Assembly (NCBI GenBank): GCA_964526365.1
Contig: CAZGLB010000001.1
Span: forward strand, 1-39,550
Direction of reading: 5' to 3'
DNA length: 39,550 nt
From: an uncultured archaeon
Lineage (GTDB): Archaea > Iainarchaeota > Iainarchaeia > Iainarchaeales > CSSED10-239
Below the pieces are notes generated by a model, which did not search any database, had not been told where the DNA came from, and saw only the letters and a program-made list of their open reading frames with translations. Positions 1 to 8,522 of the stretch are shown here, piece by piece (position 1 is the first letter of the stretch; every line of letters begins with the position of its first letter). The position numbers were made by a program, and so were the translations under genes.

Positions 1-73
1 TAACCCCTTCATTTATAAAAGTGAGTTGTGCTCTAACAAACCTATTATATAGGTTTTTAACATATATTTTATT

Positions 74-1357
74 ATGAAATATAATATTGACTTACATATC
101 CATTCTCCTTACGCTTCTGGAGTATCCAAAAATATGGCAATACCTATACTTGCAAAAGAAGCAAAACTTAAAGGGCTAAATATTCTTGCAACTGGAGACA
201 TCTTACATCCTAAATGGTTTGAACATGTTAAAGAAAATCTTATAGAAGAACGAGGAAACTATTTTTACAAAGAAGACAAAATTGAAGAACCAAACAAAAG
301 AACATATTTTATATTATCTACAGAAGTAGAAACAAAAGGCCGCGCACATCATCTTCTTTACTTTAAAGACTTTAAGCAAGTTTTAGATTTTAGAAAAGAA
401 ATAGAAAAATTCTCAAGCGACATGAACGTTTATGGTGGAGGAAGACCACGACTTTCTATTGACCCTAGTGCGCTTTTAGATATTTGTATTAAACACGACG
501 TATTGATTGGCCCTGCACATGCGTTTACACCTTATTTTGGAATATATTCTGGAAATAATTCTTTAAAGGAAGCATATGGCAATAACTTTAAAGAAATAAG
601 ATTTATTGAACTTGGACTTTCTGCAGATACTTTGAGTGCAAATGTTATACCTGAACTAAAAGAAATTAAATTTTTCTCTTTTTCAGATGCACACTCTCCA
701 AACAGCTATAGAATTGGAAGAGAATATGTTTGCGCAGAACTGGAAAAGCCAAACTTTGAATCGCTTAAAAATTTATTATATAATCTTGGAGATAACAAAA
801 TTGTATTTAATGTTGGATTTAATCCAGAAGAAGGAAAATATAATAGAACTGCTTGTAGAGACTGTAAAAAGATACACTCGCTTGTTGATGCAGAAAAAAA
901 CCAGTGGAGATGCTTGAAGTGCAGAGGAATATTAAAGAAAGGAGTATCTGATAGAATAAAAGAAATTGCTAAGCTTCAAGAAAATTTAGAACTTAAACAA
1001 ATTGCAACAAGACCAGAATATAAATATCTTATACCACTTGCACAAATTATTCAATTTAAGATTGGAAAAGGAGAGTTGTATAATAAAAGAGTTTTAGAGA
1101 AATATACAAAATTGATTACAAAATATAAAGAAATAGAAATCATGCTTGAACTGCCAGAAGACAAACTAAAAGAACTAGACGAAGATATCGCAAAATTAGT
1201 CATGGCTTTTAGAAATGGCTTAGTGGTTTTTAGACCAGGCGGTGGCGGACACTATGGCGTGCCGTTTATTTGCTTTAGCCAAGACGAAAAACAAAAAAAA
1301 TTAGAAGAAATATTAAAAGAGCAAGAAATTCCTTTTGTTCAAAAGACTTTATTTTGA
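74..1357 (+). CDS. PHP-domain endonuclease Q-like protein (TIGR00375-type)
   Basis: N-terminal PHP metal motif DLHIHSPYASG and TGDILHP. Internal four-Cys ribbon CRDC..x16..CLKC. Length of about 425 aa fits archaeal EndoQ. ATG start. Confidence 0.5.
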   Translation: MKYNIDLHIHSPYASGVSKNMAIPILAKEAKLKGLNILATGDILHPKWFEHVKENLIEERGNYFYKEDKIEEPNKRTYFILSTEVETKGRAHHLLYFKDFKQVLDFRKEIEKFSSDMNVYGGGRPRLSIDPSALLDICIKHDVLIGPAHAFTPYFGIYSGNNSLKEAYGNNFKEIRFIELGLSADTLSANVIPELKEIKFFSFSDAHSPNSYRIGREYVCAELEKPNFESLKNLLYNLGDNKIVFNVGFNPEEGKYNRTACRDCKKIHSLVDAEKNQWRCLKCRGILKKGVSDRIKEIAKLQENLELKQIATRPEYKYLIPLAQIIQFKIGKGELYNKRVLEKYTKLITKYKEIEIMLELPEDKLKELDEDIAKLVMAFRNGLVVFRPGGGGHYGVPFICFSQDEKQKKLEEILKEQEIPFVQKTLF

Positions 1358-1909
1358 ACCGTGAAGTCTTGCATTATAGTCGCCTTTGCCGGAACTGCTA
1401 GGGGCCTTTTCTGTAGATTTTGGCAATAAAGAGGTTTTTATTCCTGTTGCGTCTCTAACAAAGCTTTTTGCAGAAATTTCTAGTTCTGAAAATCTAACTA
1501 GATTTATTTCTGAAGAATTAATAAAAGTATTAAATTCTGAAAAAAATCTTTCCTTTCTGCCATTTAGATGGTTAATAAGGGCGTGAGCTTCAGAATTGTT
1601 TTTTGCTAACGTGCGCAATCTAGAAATTTCTATTTCTGCATTTAAAAATACAGAAGATATTTTTTCAAAATCTTTTTTTAATCCTTCTTTTATGTCTGGA
1701 TATTTCTTAGTAAATTGAGACAATCTATTTCTAAGCTTAAGTACAGCCATTTTCTTATCAATTATTGCTTTATGAACAACAGCTTGTTTTTTGATTTTTG
1801 GTGCTGCTTTTCTTGCAACGATTTTTTTTGGTTTTAAATTTCTTAAAATAATTCTTGGCATTTTTATAATCACATTTATCTTTATAACATAATAAATAAA
1901 ACAAAGCAT
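1349..1909 (-). CDS. hypothetical basic, coiled-coil protein
   Basis: ORF only. Lys/Arg-rich N-terminus (PRIILRNLKPKKIVARKAAPKIKK). An alternative ATG at 1861 is more plausible than 1909. Overlaps the end of the upstream convergent gene by 9 nt. No family recognised. Confidence 0.4.
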   Translation of the reverse strand: MLCFIYYVIKINVIIKMPRIILRNLKPKKIVARKAAPKIKKQAVVHKAIIDKKMAVLKLRNRLSQFTKKYPDIKEGLKKDFEKISSVFLNAEIEISRLRTLAKNNSEAHALINHLNGRKERFFSEFNTFINSSEINLVRFSELEISAKSFVRDATGIKTSLLPKSTEKAPSSSGKGDYNARLHGSK

Positions 1910-1924
1910 TTAAAAAATAGAAAG

Positions 1925-2287
1925 TTACTGTTTTTTGCTATATAGCTTTTCTGTCCGCTTATAGATTTTCTCTGTCTTTTTTGACATGTCTTGAATAACG
2001 AGCTTGACCTTCTCTAGATCTTTTGCCATATCTGTTTTCTGATGAGAGACGTGAAGAGCAGAGATTCTTGAAAATTGAATATCTAGTTTATTATATTTGT
2101 CTTCTATGTCTTTTAGCCTGTCGTTTGTGTCCTCTAGTTGCTCTTTAAACTTATTTACTACAAACCTAATCATGACTATAAATATAACAATTAGAAGAAT
2201 TGAGTTTAAAACTAAAATAATTAATATTGCTGTAGATTCCATAAATTTACAAATTTCTATTTTTAATAAAAAGAAACAACAAATCAT
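1925..2287 (-). CDS. hypothetical membrane-anchored coiled-coil protein
   Basis: One N-terminal TM helix (AILIILVLNSILLIVIFIVMI) followed by a charged helical region. The likely true start is the ATG at 2242. Confidence 0.4.
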   Translation of the reverse strand: MICCFFLLKIEICKFMESTAILIILVLNSILLIVIFIVMIRFVVNKFKEQLEDTNDRLKDIEDKYNKLDIQFSRISALHVSHQKTDMAKDLEKVKLVIQDMSKKTEKIYKRTEKLYSKKQ

Positions 2288-2329
2288 TTATAAATATATT
2301 AGAAACAGTTGGGTAAAAGGGTTTTATAA

Positions 2330-2662
2330 TTAGTAATCAAACTTAATCTTAAGCCCTCTAGGTTCTGCAAGAATACTAACTTTTTTGCCTTTTTTAATTT
2401 TATAGTGCGTAACTATGTCTGCAGGGAGAGTTATTGCAAGACTTTTACCTGCAGCAATTACGCTTCTTTTAAAAGTAAATTGCTCATGAAGTCTTTTGTC
2501 TAAAGCAAACATTTGCTCGCTTGTACAAAATTCTTGTTTACATTTTTGACAAGAATAATAGGGCTCGTTTTTAATTGTAATCTTTCCATCATCTATCGTT
2601 ATATCTTCATACTTAATTATTGCAACCCCGCCACAAAAATGGCATTTTATTTTGTTTTCCAT
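2330..2662 (-). CDS. putative antitoxin: MqsA/YgiT-type zinc ribbon fused to SpoVT/AbrB domain
   Basis: CHFCGG..x26..CQKCKQEF matches the YgiT-type Zn-finger pattern. The C-terminus SLAITLPADIVTHYKIKKGKKVSI matches the AbrB/SpoVT swapped-hairpin pattern. The ATG at 2662 overlaps the toxin stop by 16 nt; an alternative GTG lies at 2692. Confidence 0.55.
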   Translation of the reverse strand: MENKIKCHFCGGVAIIKYEDITIDDGKITIKNEPYYSCQKCKQEFCTSEQMFALDKRLHEQFTFKRSVIAAGKSLAITLPADIVTHYKIKKGKKVSILAEPRGLKIKFDY

Positions 2663-2904
2663 ATTTTTGCCTCTTCTTCGCTTGATTCCCACAACATTAA
2701 AACTAAAATGTGGTCTTTTGTTTCTTTTTTAACAACTGTCATAAAAATGGAATTTGTTTTGAAAATGGTTTTTATTTTGTCTTCGTCTTTTATTTTTACT
2801 TTTTGACGTTTTACTTCAAACTCTATATCTCCATAATTAATGTTGTGCTTCGTTGCTCTTTCTGTAAACCTCACTCGTGCATGTCTAGTCCAACTTACAA
2901 TCAT
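2647..2904 (-). CDS. putative toxin, DUF4258-like
   Basis: 85 aa. N-terminal WTRHARVRFTER resembles the T-x-H-A-x-x-R-x-x-x-R signature of DUF4258. Sits directly upstream of, and overlaps, a DNA-binding partner gene. Confidence 0.4.
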   Translation of the reverse strand: MIVSWTRHARVRFTERATKHNINYGDIEFEVKRQKVKIKDEDKIKTIFKTNSIFMTVVKKETKDHILVLMLWESSEEEAKIWKTK

Positions 2905-2939
2905 ATGTATTTACTAAGTAGAAGTATTTAAATAAGCAC

Positions 2940-2964
2940 TAGATTATAATCAGATTATAATCTA
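2940..2964. promoter_or_regulatory. tandem or palindromic operator candidate for the toxin-antitoxin operon
   Basis: AGATTATAATC occurs twice in tandem (2941..2951 and 2952..2962). AGATTATAATCT (2952..2963) is a perfect 12-nt palindrome. It lies just upstream of the TATA-like TATTTAAATAA (2925..2935), which is centred about 26 nt from the ATG at 2904. Confidence 0.5.
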
Positions 2965-2967
2965 AAA

Positions 2968-3981
2968 TTAGTCTTTATCAAACAATTGATTTATGGATTT
3001 TTTAAAATGTATATTAAAAATTGCTTTTGCAAAATAATCACTTATTGGAATAATTTCTAACCAGGGGTGCTTTTCTACAAAATCTTTTTCAATATATGCT
3101 GCATCTGTTGCTAGAATTTTTTCCAAAAGACCAGCAGCGTATAGCTCGTCCATTTTTTCAACTGCGCTGCCGTTTAACAGGCAAAGAGAGCAGGCAAAAT
3201 AAACTTTATTTGCGCCCTTTTCTTTTAACACTTTTATTGCGTTATAGACTGTTCCACCAGTATCTAAAATATCATCAATTAAGAAAATATTCTTGTCTTT
3301 GACTTTACCTATTACTTCCATAGTCTCTACTTGATTAATCTTTGAATAATCTCTTTCTTTATAGATTGTAATTGCACCAACGCCTAATTTTGAAGCAAGA
3401 ACTGTTGCTCTTTTCATGCCCCCAACATCTGGAGAAGAAATCAAAAGATTATCTAGAGGAATATTTTCAATAATATATTTCTTTATTGCTTTTCTTGCAT
3501 AAAGATTTTCAAGAATTGCATATTTAAAAAAACCAGCAATTGCTGGATTATGAATATCTAGAGAAAGCACGGTTTTTGCACCAGCTAATTCCATTTCTCT
3601 TGCCACAAGCCTTGCTGTTAGACACTCTCTGCCCCAGATCTTGTCTTGGCGAGCATATGGAAAAACAGGAACTATCACCGTAATATTTTTAGCACTTGCA
3701 ACTCTTGAAGCATCAATTAAAGTAGTTAAAGCACGAAGATTGTCATCAACAGACATTGCATAGCTGTTGTTTGAAACATCTTGAACTATAAAAACATCGC
3801 AGCCCCTTATTGACTCTAGAATATTTGATTTTATTTCTGTGTTTGCAAATCTAATTTCTTGAACAGGAATCAAAGATATGGGTTCTTCATTAATTTCTGC
3901 TAACTGTTCATTTAAATATTTTAAAATTTGGTTTGCAAAATGCTCTCCTGACCTGCAAGAAAGAAGTTTTATGTCGTGCAT
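2968..3981 (-). CDS. prs: ribose-phosphate pyrophosphokinase (PRPP synthetase)
   Basis: PRPP-binding loop FLIDDILDTGGT, SLDIHNPAIAGFF, and the ARQDK flexible-loop motif. Confidence 0.9.
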   Translation of the reverse strand: MHDIKLLSCRSGEHFANQILKYLNEQLAEINEEPISLIPVQEIRFANTEIKSNILESIRGCDVFIVQDVSNNSYAMSVDDNLRALTTLIDASRVASAKNITVIVPVFPYARQDKIWGRECLTARLVAREMELAGAKTVLSLDIHNPAIAGFFKYAILENLYARKAIKKYIIENIPLDNLLISSPDVGGMKRATVLASKLGVGAITIYKERDYSKINQVETMEVIGKVKDKNIFLIDDILDTGGTVYNAIKVLKEKGANKVYFACSLCLLNGSAVEKMDELYAAGLLEKILATDAAYIEKDFVEKHPWLEIIPISDYFAKAIFNIHFKKSINQLFDKD

Positions 3982-3990
3982 GTTTTATCG

Positions 3991-5361
3991 CTAGCCAGTA
4001 ATTACAACTTTTGGTTTTAAACTAAAGGCCTTTTTACAAAGCCCTGCATCTACAATTGAATTCACAACCTCTTTAGAAGACTTATAAGCCCCTGGCTGCT
4101 CTTCTCTTAAAACATTTTCAGAATGACAAGAAAGATAAATGCCTTTTTTTAAAAGCTCTTCTTTTAGACCACTAGCAGAAACCTTTGACTTTGCTTCGGT
4201 TCTTGAAAGAACTCTGCCACAGCCGTGAGGAAGAGTTGAAAAAGTAACTTTGCGCATTTTTGTTTTTGGTAACACCACATAGCTATCATCAAGCATAGAC
4301 CCTGGAAGAATCACAGGCGTTCCAGTCTCTAAAAACTCAGAGCGCTCGGAAAGCCTTTCTGAGATTATGCCCCTAACCGCGCCTTTTCTTGTCACAAGAA
4401 ACCTTTTCTTATCTCGAGTTTCTAACTTTGCAAAATTGTGAGAGCAGTCGTAAAGAAGACGGGAGTTGATGTCGTCTTGTCCAAGATTTAGCGTGTTTTT
4501 TAAAGTTTCAATCACTCTGTCTGCAAGAACTGCTCTATTGACAAAGGCGTAATTGGATGCAGCGCACATGCTTTTATAATAATGCTGCCCAAGCTTTGTA
4601 TTAAAATATAAATATTCAAAAGGATCTTTATTTGTACATTTTTTTGTAAACTCTTCAGCAACAGCATAGCCTAGTCCTCGAGAACCGGTATGAATCATAA
4701 TCATAATCTGATCTTTTTCAATCTTATGCCTTTTACAAAATTGTTTATCAAATAATTTATCCACAATTAAAAGATCAATAAAATGATTGCCTTGCCCTAG
4801 CGTTCCAAGCTGCTTTAAACCTTTTTCAATTGCTGTTTTTGAAAGATATTTTGGACTTGCGTCATTAAAACAGCCAGAATTATAAACATAAAGCTTATCA
4901 AATTTATCAGCATAGCTGTTCTTTACAGCCCACTCTAAGCCTTCATAACAAATCGCTAACAGATCTTGCTTTGTAATCTTTATTCCGTCATTTGATAATC
5001 CAATTGGCAATTTTTCAAAAGCTTTAAGAATATCTTTGTATTGCTTGTCTGTTAGATTTTTAGATTTTAGATTCGTTCTAATCAAGCGAATTCCGCAATT
5101 GATGTCTGTACCAATTGCTTTTGGACTAATTACCGGGTCAGCATCTAAATCAACAGCAAAAGCAGAACCAATTGGAACTCCGCTTCCTACATGAAGATCT
5201 GGAAAGCCATAAACATAACCATAGATTCCTGGAAGTTTTGAAATAGAATAAAGCTGTGTAATTGAAAATTTATTCAGTTTAGAAAATAGAGTTTTATTAG
5301 AAATAATTTTTATTTTATTTTTTTCATCAATAAAAATGTTTTTTTGGGTGTTTTTTAGCAT
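3991..5361 (-). CDS. rtcB: RNA-splicing ligase RtcB
   Basis: Motifs GTDINCGIRL, QGNHF, HTGSRGLGY and CSHNF, with a C-terminal ...VVITG typical of RtcB. No intein. Confidence 0.92.
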   Translation of the reverse strand: MLKNTQKNIFIDEKNKIKIISNKTLFSKLNKFSITQLYSISKLPGIYGYVYGFPDLHVGSGVPIGSAFAVDLDADPVISPKAIGTDINCGIRLIRTNLKSKNLTDKQYKDILKAFEKLPIGLSNDGIKITKQDLLAICYEGLEWAVKNSYADKFDKLYVYNSGCFNDASPKYLSKTAIEKGLKQLGTLGQGNHFIDLLIVDKLFDKQFCKRHKIEKDQIMIMIHTGSRGLGYAVAEEFTKKCTNKDPFEYLYFNTKLGQHYYKSMCAASNYAFVNRAVLADRVIETLKNTLNLGQDDINSRLLYDCSHNFAKLETRDKKRFLVTRKGAVRGIISERLSERSEFLETGTPVILPGSMLDDSYVVLPKTKMRKVTFSTLPHGCGRVLSRTEAKSKVSASGLKEELLKKGIYLSCHSENVLREEQPGAYKSSKEVVNSIVDAGLCKKAFSLKPKVVITG

Positions 5362-5446
5362 ATTAATTGCAAAATTTGAATTTTAAAAAAACTAAAGATA
5401 AATATACTTTGCAAGTTTACTAAATTATGATGCTAACAAATTGGGT

Positions 5447-5755
5447 TTAGTTCTTTAATTCTATTCCAATTTGTAGATCTGCAGGTACATCGACTCTCAT
5501 TATTCTTCTAAGAATCTTGTCGTCTGCTTTAATATCAATTATTCTCTTATGGATTCGTAATTGATATTTCTCATAGGTTTCTGTTCCACCAGCAGAGACT
5601 CCTCTTCTTACTGGAACAACCAATTTTTTGGTCTTTAAAGGGATTATTCCTGTGTGCTTTACTCCACTTTTTGAGGCCACATCTAAAATTTCCTTGCAAA
5701 ATTCTGTAACTTTCTTGTAATCAGTTCCTGTTACTATTACTCTTGCTGTTTGCAT
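5447..5755 (-). CDS. rps10: 30S ribosomal protein S10 (uS10)
   Basis: 102 aa with ARV...TG and LRIHKRIIDI motifs. Lies immediately downstream of EF-1alpha, as in the conserved archaeal tuf-rps10 pair. Confidence 0.92.
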   Translation of the reverse strand: MQTARVIVTGTDYKKVTEFCKEILDVASKSGVKHTGIIPLKTKKLVVPVRRGVSAGGTETYEKYQLRIHKRIIDIKADDKILRRIMRVDVPADLQIGIELKN

Positions 5756-5798
5756 GTTTTTATCACTTTTAAAAAAAATTAAAGAAAAAAAGCAAAAT

Positions 5799-7055
5799 TT
5801 ATGCTCTCTTCTTTATCTCCTGTATAACTCCTGCAGCTACGGTTTTACCCATATCTCTTATAGCAAATCTACCAAGCTGTGGAAAGTCCTTGTATGTTTC
5901 ACACGCAAGTGGCTGTGTTGGTTTTATTCTTACAATTGCAGCATCTCCTGTTTTTAAGAACTTTGGTGCGTCCTCTGGAGTTGGTGCAATCTTCTTGATC
6001 AATTCTACAATTGAACAAGACATTTGTGCTGTGTGTATGTGAAATACTGGAGTGTAACCTGCAGTAATTGCTGTAGGGTGATTTAACACAATTATTTGAG
6101 CAGTAAACTCTTCAGCTACTGTTGGTGGGTTATTCTCTGGTCCAACAACAGAACCTCTTTTAATTGCGCCTTTATCAACATTTTTAATATTGAAACCAAT
6201 GTTATCTCCAGGTAATGCCTCTGGTAATTGTTCGTGATGTGCTTCAACAGTTTTAATTTGTGTTGCGATGTTTTCTGGCATTATGATAACTTTATCGTTT
6301 GGTCTAAGTATTCCGGTTTCAACTCTACCTACTGGAACCATACCAACGCCTTTTATAGAATAAACGTCTTGTATTGGAAGTCTTAGTGGCTTACCGGTCA
6401 ATCCTTCAGGAGCCTTAAAATTATTCATTGCTTCAAATAAGCTTGGACCTTTGTACCAAGGCGTTTTGTCTGAAGGCTTTGTAATGTTTTCTCCGTTCCA
6501 TGAAGATATTGGAATAACTACGTATTGGTCTTCTTTAAATTTTCCTTTAAATAATGCAACAACGTCTGCTTTAACTTTATTAAAGCCTTCTTCGCTATAG
6601 TTTAATTCATCCATTTTATTGATTGCAACAACTATTTGTTTAATACCCATAACTTGAGCAAGGAATGCGTGCTCTTTTGTTTGAGACATTACTCCATCTT
6701 TTGCTGCAACAACTAAAACTGCACCATCTGATTGAGCAGTTCCTGTAATCATGTTTTTAACATAGTCTTGGTGGCCAGGAGCATCAATTACTGTAAAACT
6801 ATATTTATCTGAATCTAGTTTCTTATAGTTAACATCAATTGTAATACCTCTGTCTCTTTCTTCTTTAGTTACATCCATCATGTATGCGAAAGCAAAGGTT
6901 CCTTTTCCTTTTTCTTCGGCCATTGCCTGTAACTTTCTATAATCTTGTTCACTTAAGTTTTTTGTGTCGTACATTAAACGACCAACAGTTGTTGATTTAC
7001 CGTGATCAATGTGACCAATAAAAACAACGTTTATTTTTGGTTTTGGTGCTGCCAT
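5799..7055 (-). CDS. tuf: translation elongation factor 1-alpha
   Basis: GTPase motifs GHIDHGKST, DAPGH and NKMD. A strong GGAGGA lies 7 nt upstream of the ATG. Confidence 0.95.
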   Translation of the reverse strand: MAAPKPKINVVFIGHIDHGKSTTVGRLMYDTKNLSEQDYRKLQAMAEEKGKGTFAFAYMMDVTKEERDRGITIDVNYKKLDSDKYSFTVIDAPGHQDYVKNMITGTAQSDGAVLVVAAKDGVMSQTKEHAFLAQVMGIKQIVVAINKMDELNYSEEGFNKVKADVVALFKGKFKEDQYVVIPISSWNGENITKPSDKTPWYKGPSLFEAMNNFKAPEGLTGKPLRLPIQDVYSIKGVGMVPVGRVETGILRPNDKVIIMPENIATQIKTVEAHHEQLPEALPGDNIGFNIKNVDKGAIKRGSVVGPENNPPTVAEEFTAQIIVLNHPTAITAGYTPVFHIHTAQMSCSIVELIKKIAPTPEDAPKFLKTGDAAIVRIKPTQPLACETYKDFPQLGRFAIRDMGKTVAAGVIQEIKKRA

Positions 7056-7314
7056 TTATATTCCTCCGTATATTTTTGATGCTTTTTTTAAAAATTATAA
7101 TCAAAAATCCCCTTACTATCATTTTAGGTCTATTAAAGGTAAGTGATTTTTATTGAATTATATATAATATAGAAGGTAAAACTTTATAAATGGATAATCT
7201 CTAATAAACCAAACTTTCTTTTAGGTTTTTATTTGGTTTACAGAAAAATCACAATATATATAAACTAAATTCTTCTAATATATAATAGATTATTCTATAA
7301 TAACGGACACTAAA

Positions 7315-7458
7315 ATGGAAAGAACACTAATACAAATTATTATTGTTATAGGAATTATGTTGTTTTTAGGCACCGCCATGGTCGCGATTAATTTAAGGAA
7401 ACGCACAGAACCTAAAAAAGAAGATACTTTTAAAAAAACCGAAGAAAAATGGAAATAG
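7315..7458 (+). CDS. small (47 aa) single-TM ORF, paralogous to the N-terminus of the next gene
   Basis: Not in the ORF track. Translates to MERTLIQIIIVIGIMLFLGTAMVAINLRKRTEPKKEDTFKKTEEKWK. About half of its first 30 residues match MEIEIIQIIIITGIMIMLGVTLTFINFKKK of ORF 7449. Overlaps that ORF by 10 nt in another frame. Confidence 0.3.
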   Translation: MERTLIQIIIVIGIMLFLGTAMVAINLRKRTEPKKEDTFKKTEEKWK

Positions 7459-8507
7459 AAATAATACAAATAATTATTATTACAGGCATCATGATAATGC
7501 TTGGTGTAACCTTAACTTTCATTAATTTTAAAAAAAAAATAATTACGCCAGTAAATAAAGAACAAAGCTCTTGGCAAAAAATAGAAAACCTTAATTCTCA
7601 AAAAAAAGAATTATTAAAAAAAAAGGAAGACCTATCTTTTAAATATAGCACTAAAAGCATTACTGATAGCGTATATGATTCTAATTTAAAGAACATTACA
7701 TCAGACATAGCAAAAATAGATAAAGACATAAATGACGAAGTTTCAAAACTAACAGAATTACAAAAAACACAAGACTCTGGTAGCGACATAAGATTTCAAA
7801 ATATCAAGCTTAAAGGCGAATTAAATGAAACAAAACTTGAAAGAGACAATCTTAAAGTTAGAGTAAAAGAATTAGAGGATTTTATAAAAAATCTTTCTGG
7901 AAATAAAAATCTGTCAACATCAATTAAGGATAATATTCAAAACAAATATTATGAGCAAATACTTGATAAGTATAAAGATTTGATTAATGAACAAGAAAGA
8001 AAGACTATTGCACAAATAAAAGCAACAGTTAATCCAACAGACCTTACAATTAAAAGTATAATTTCTAAATATAAGCCAATTGGATATGATTGTTCAAAAG
8101 ATTATATAGAAACTTTAAGAAAAATCTATGCATTTCTAAAAGCAGAAATTGAGGTTGTAAAGACTGATATAAAGATTCTTTATTGGTTGGATTCCACAAG
8201 CATTATAAAAAATAAAATGTGTGACGAGCAAGACGTCTCCTCTTTATTGTGCTCTATTATGCAAGGGTTAAATGATCATGAGGCGCAAGTTTTTGTGGTT
8301 ATTTTAGAAGACGATAAGACACACGCGTTTGTAAAAACCAAATATAAAAATTTATTTTATATATTTGATTTAACTCAGAAAGGGCCTTTTGAAATGTTTG
8401 TTAATTCTGATGAGAAAAAGCTTATGGATGATTATAGATTTAATGGACTTGCAATTAAAAAAGTAATATATAGATATAATCAAAATAACTATATAGACAA
8501 CAACTAA
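7449..8507 (+). CDS. membrane-anchored coiled-coil protein with possible transglutaminase-like Cys-His-Asp C-terminal domain
   Basis: N-terminal TM helix and a long heptad-like K/E/N region. The C-terminus KMCDEQDVSSLLCSIMQGL ... THAFVKTKYKNLFYIFDLT fits the G-x-C...H-A-W...D pattern of transglutaminase-like cores by eye only. Confidence 0.45.
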   Translation: MEIEIIQIIIITGIMIMLGVTLTFINFKKKIITPVNKEQSSWQKIENLNSQKKELLKKKEDLSFKYSTKSITDSVYDSNLKNITSDIAKIDKDINDEVSKLTELQKTQDSGSDIRFQNIKLKGELNETKLERDNLKVRVKELEDFIKNLSGNKNLSTSIKDNIQNKYYEQILDKYKDLINEQERKTIAQIKATVNPTDLTIKSIISKYKPIGYDCSKDYIETLRKIYAFLKAEIEVVKTDIKILYWLDSTSIIKNKMCDEQDVSSLLCSIMQGLNDHEAQVFVVILEDDKTHAFVKTKYKNLFYIFDLTQKGPFEMFVNSDEKKLMDDYRFNGLAIKKVIYRYNQNNYIDNN

Positions 8508-8522
8508 ATTTAAAAGAAAATT

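Noticed and set aside
3988-3995. Isolated GTAATTAC at the 3' end of rtcB.
   Set aside because: It is a single occurrence explained by the V-I-T codons of the RtcB C-terminus, consistent with the one or two chance hits expected in the window.
5754-5957. 67-aa plus-strand ORF spanning the rps10-tuf junction.
   Set aside because: It is antisense to the 3' end of tuf and to the intergenic spacer, has a hydrophobic junk-like translation, and is not supported.
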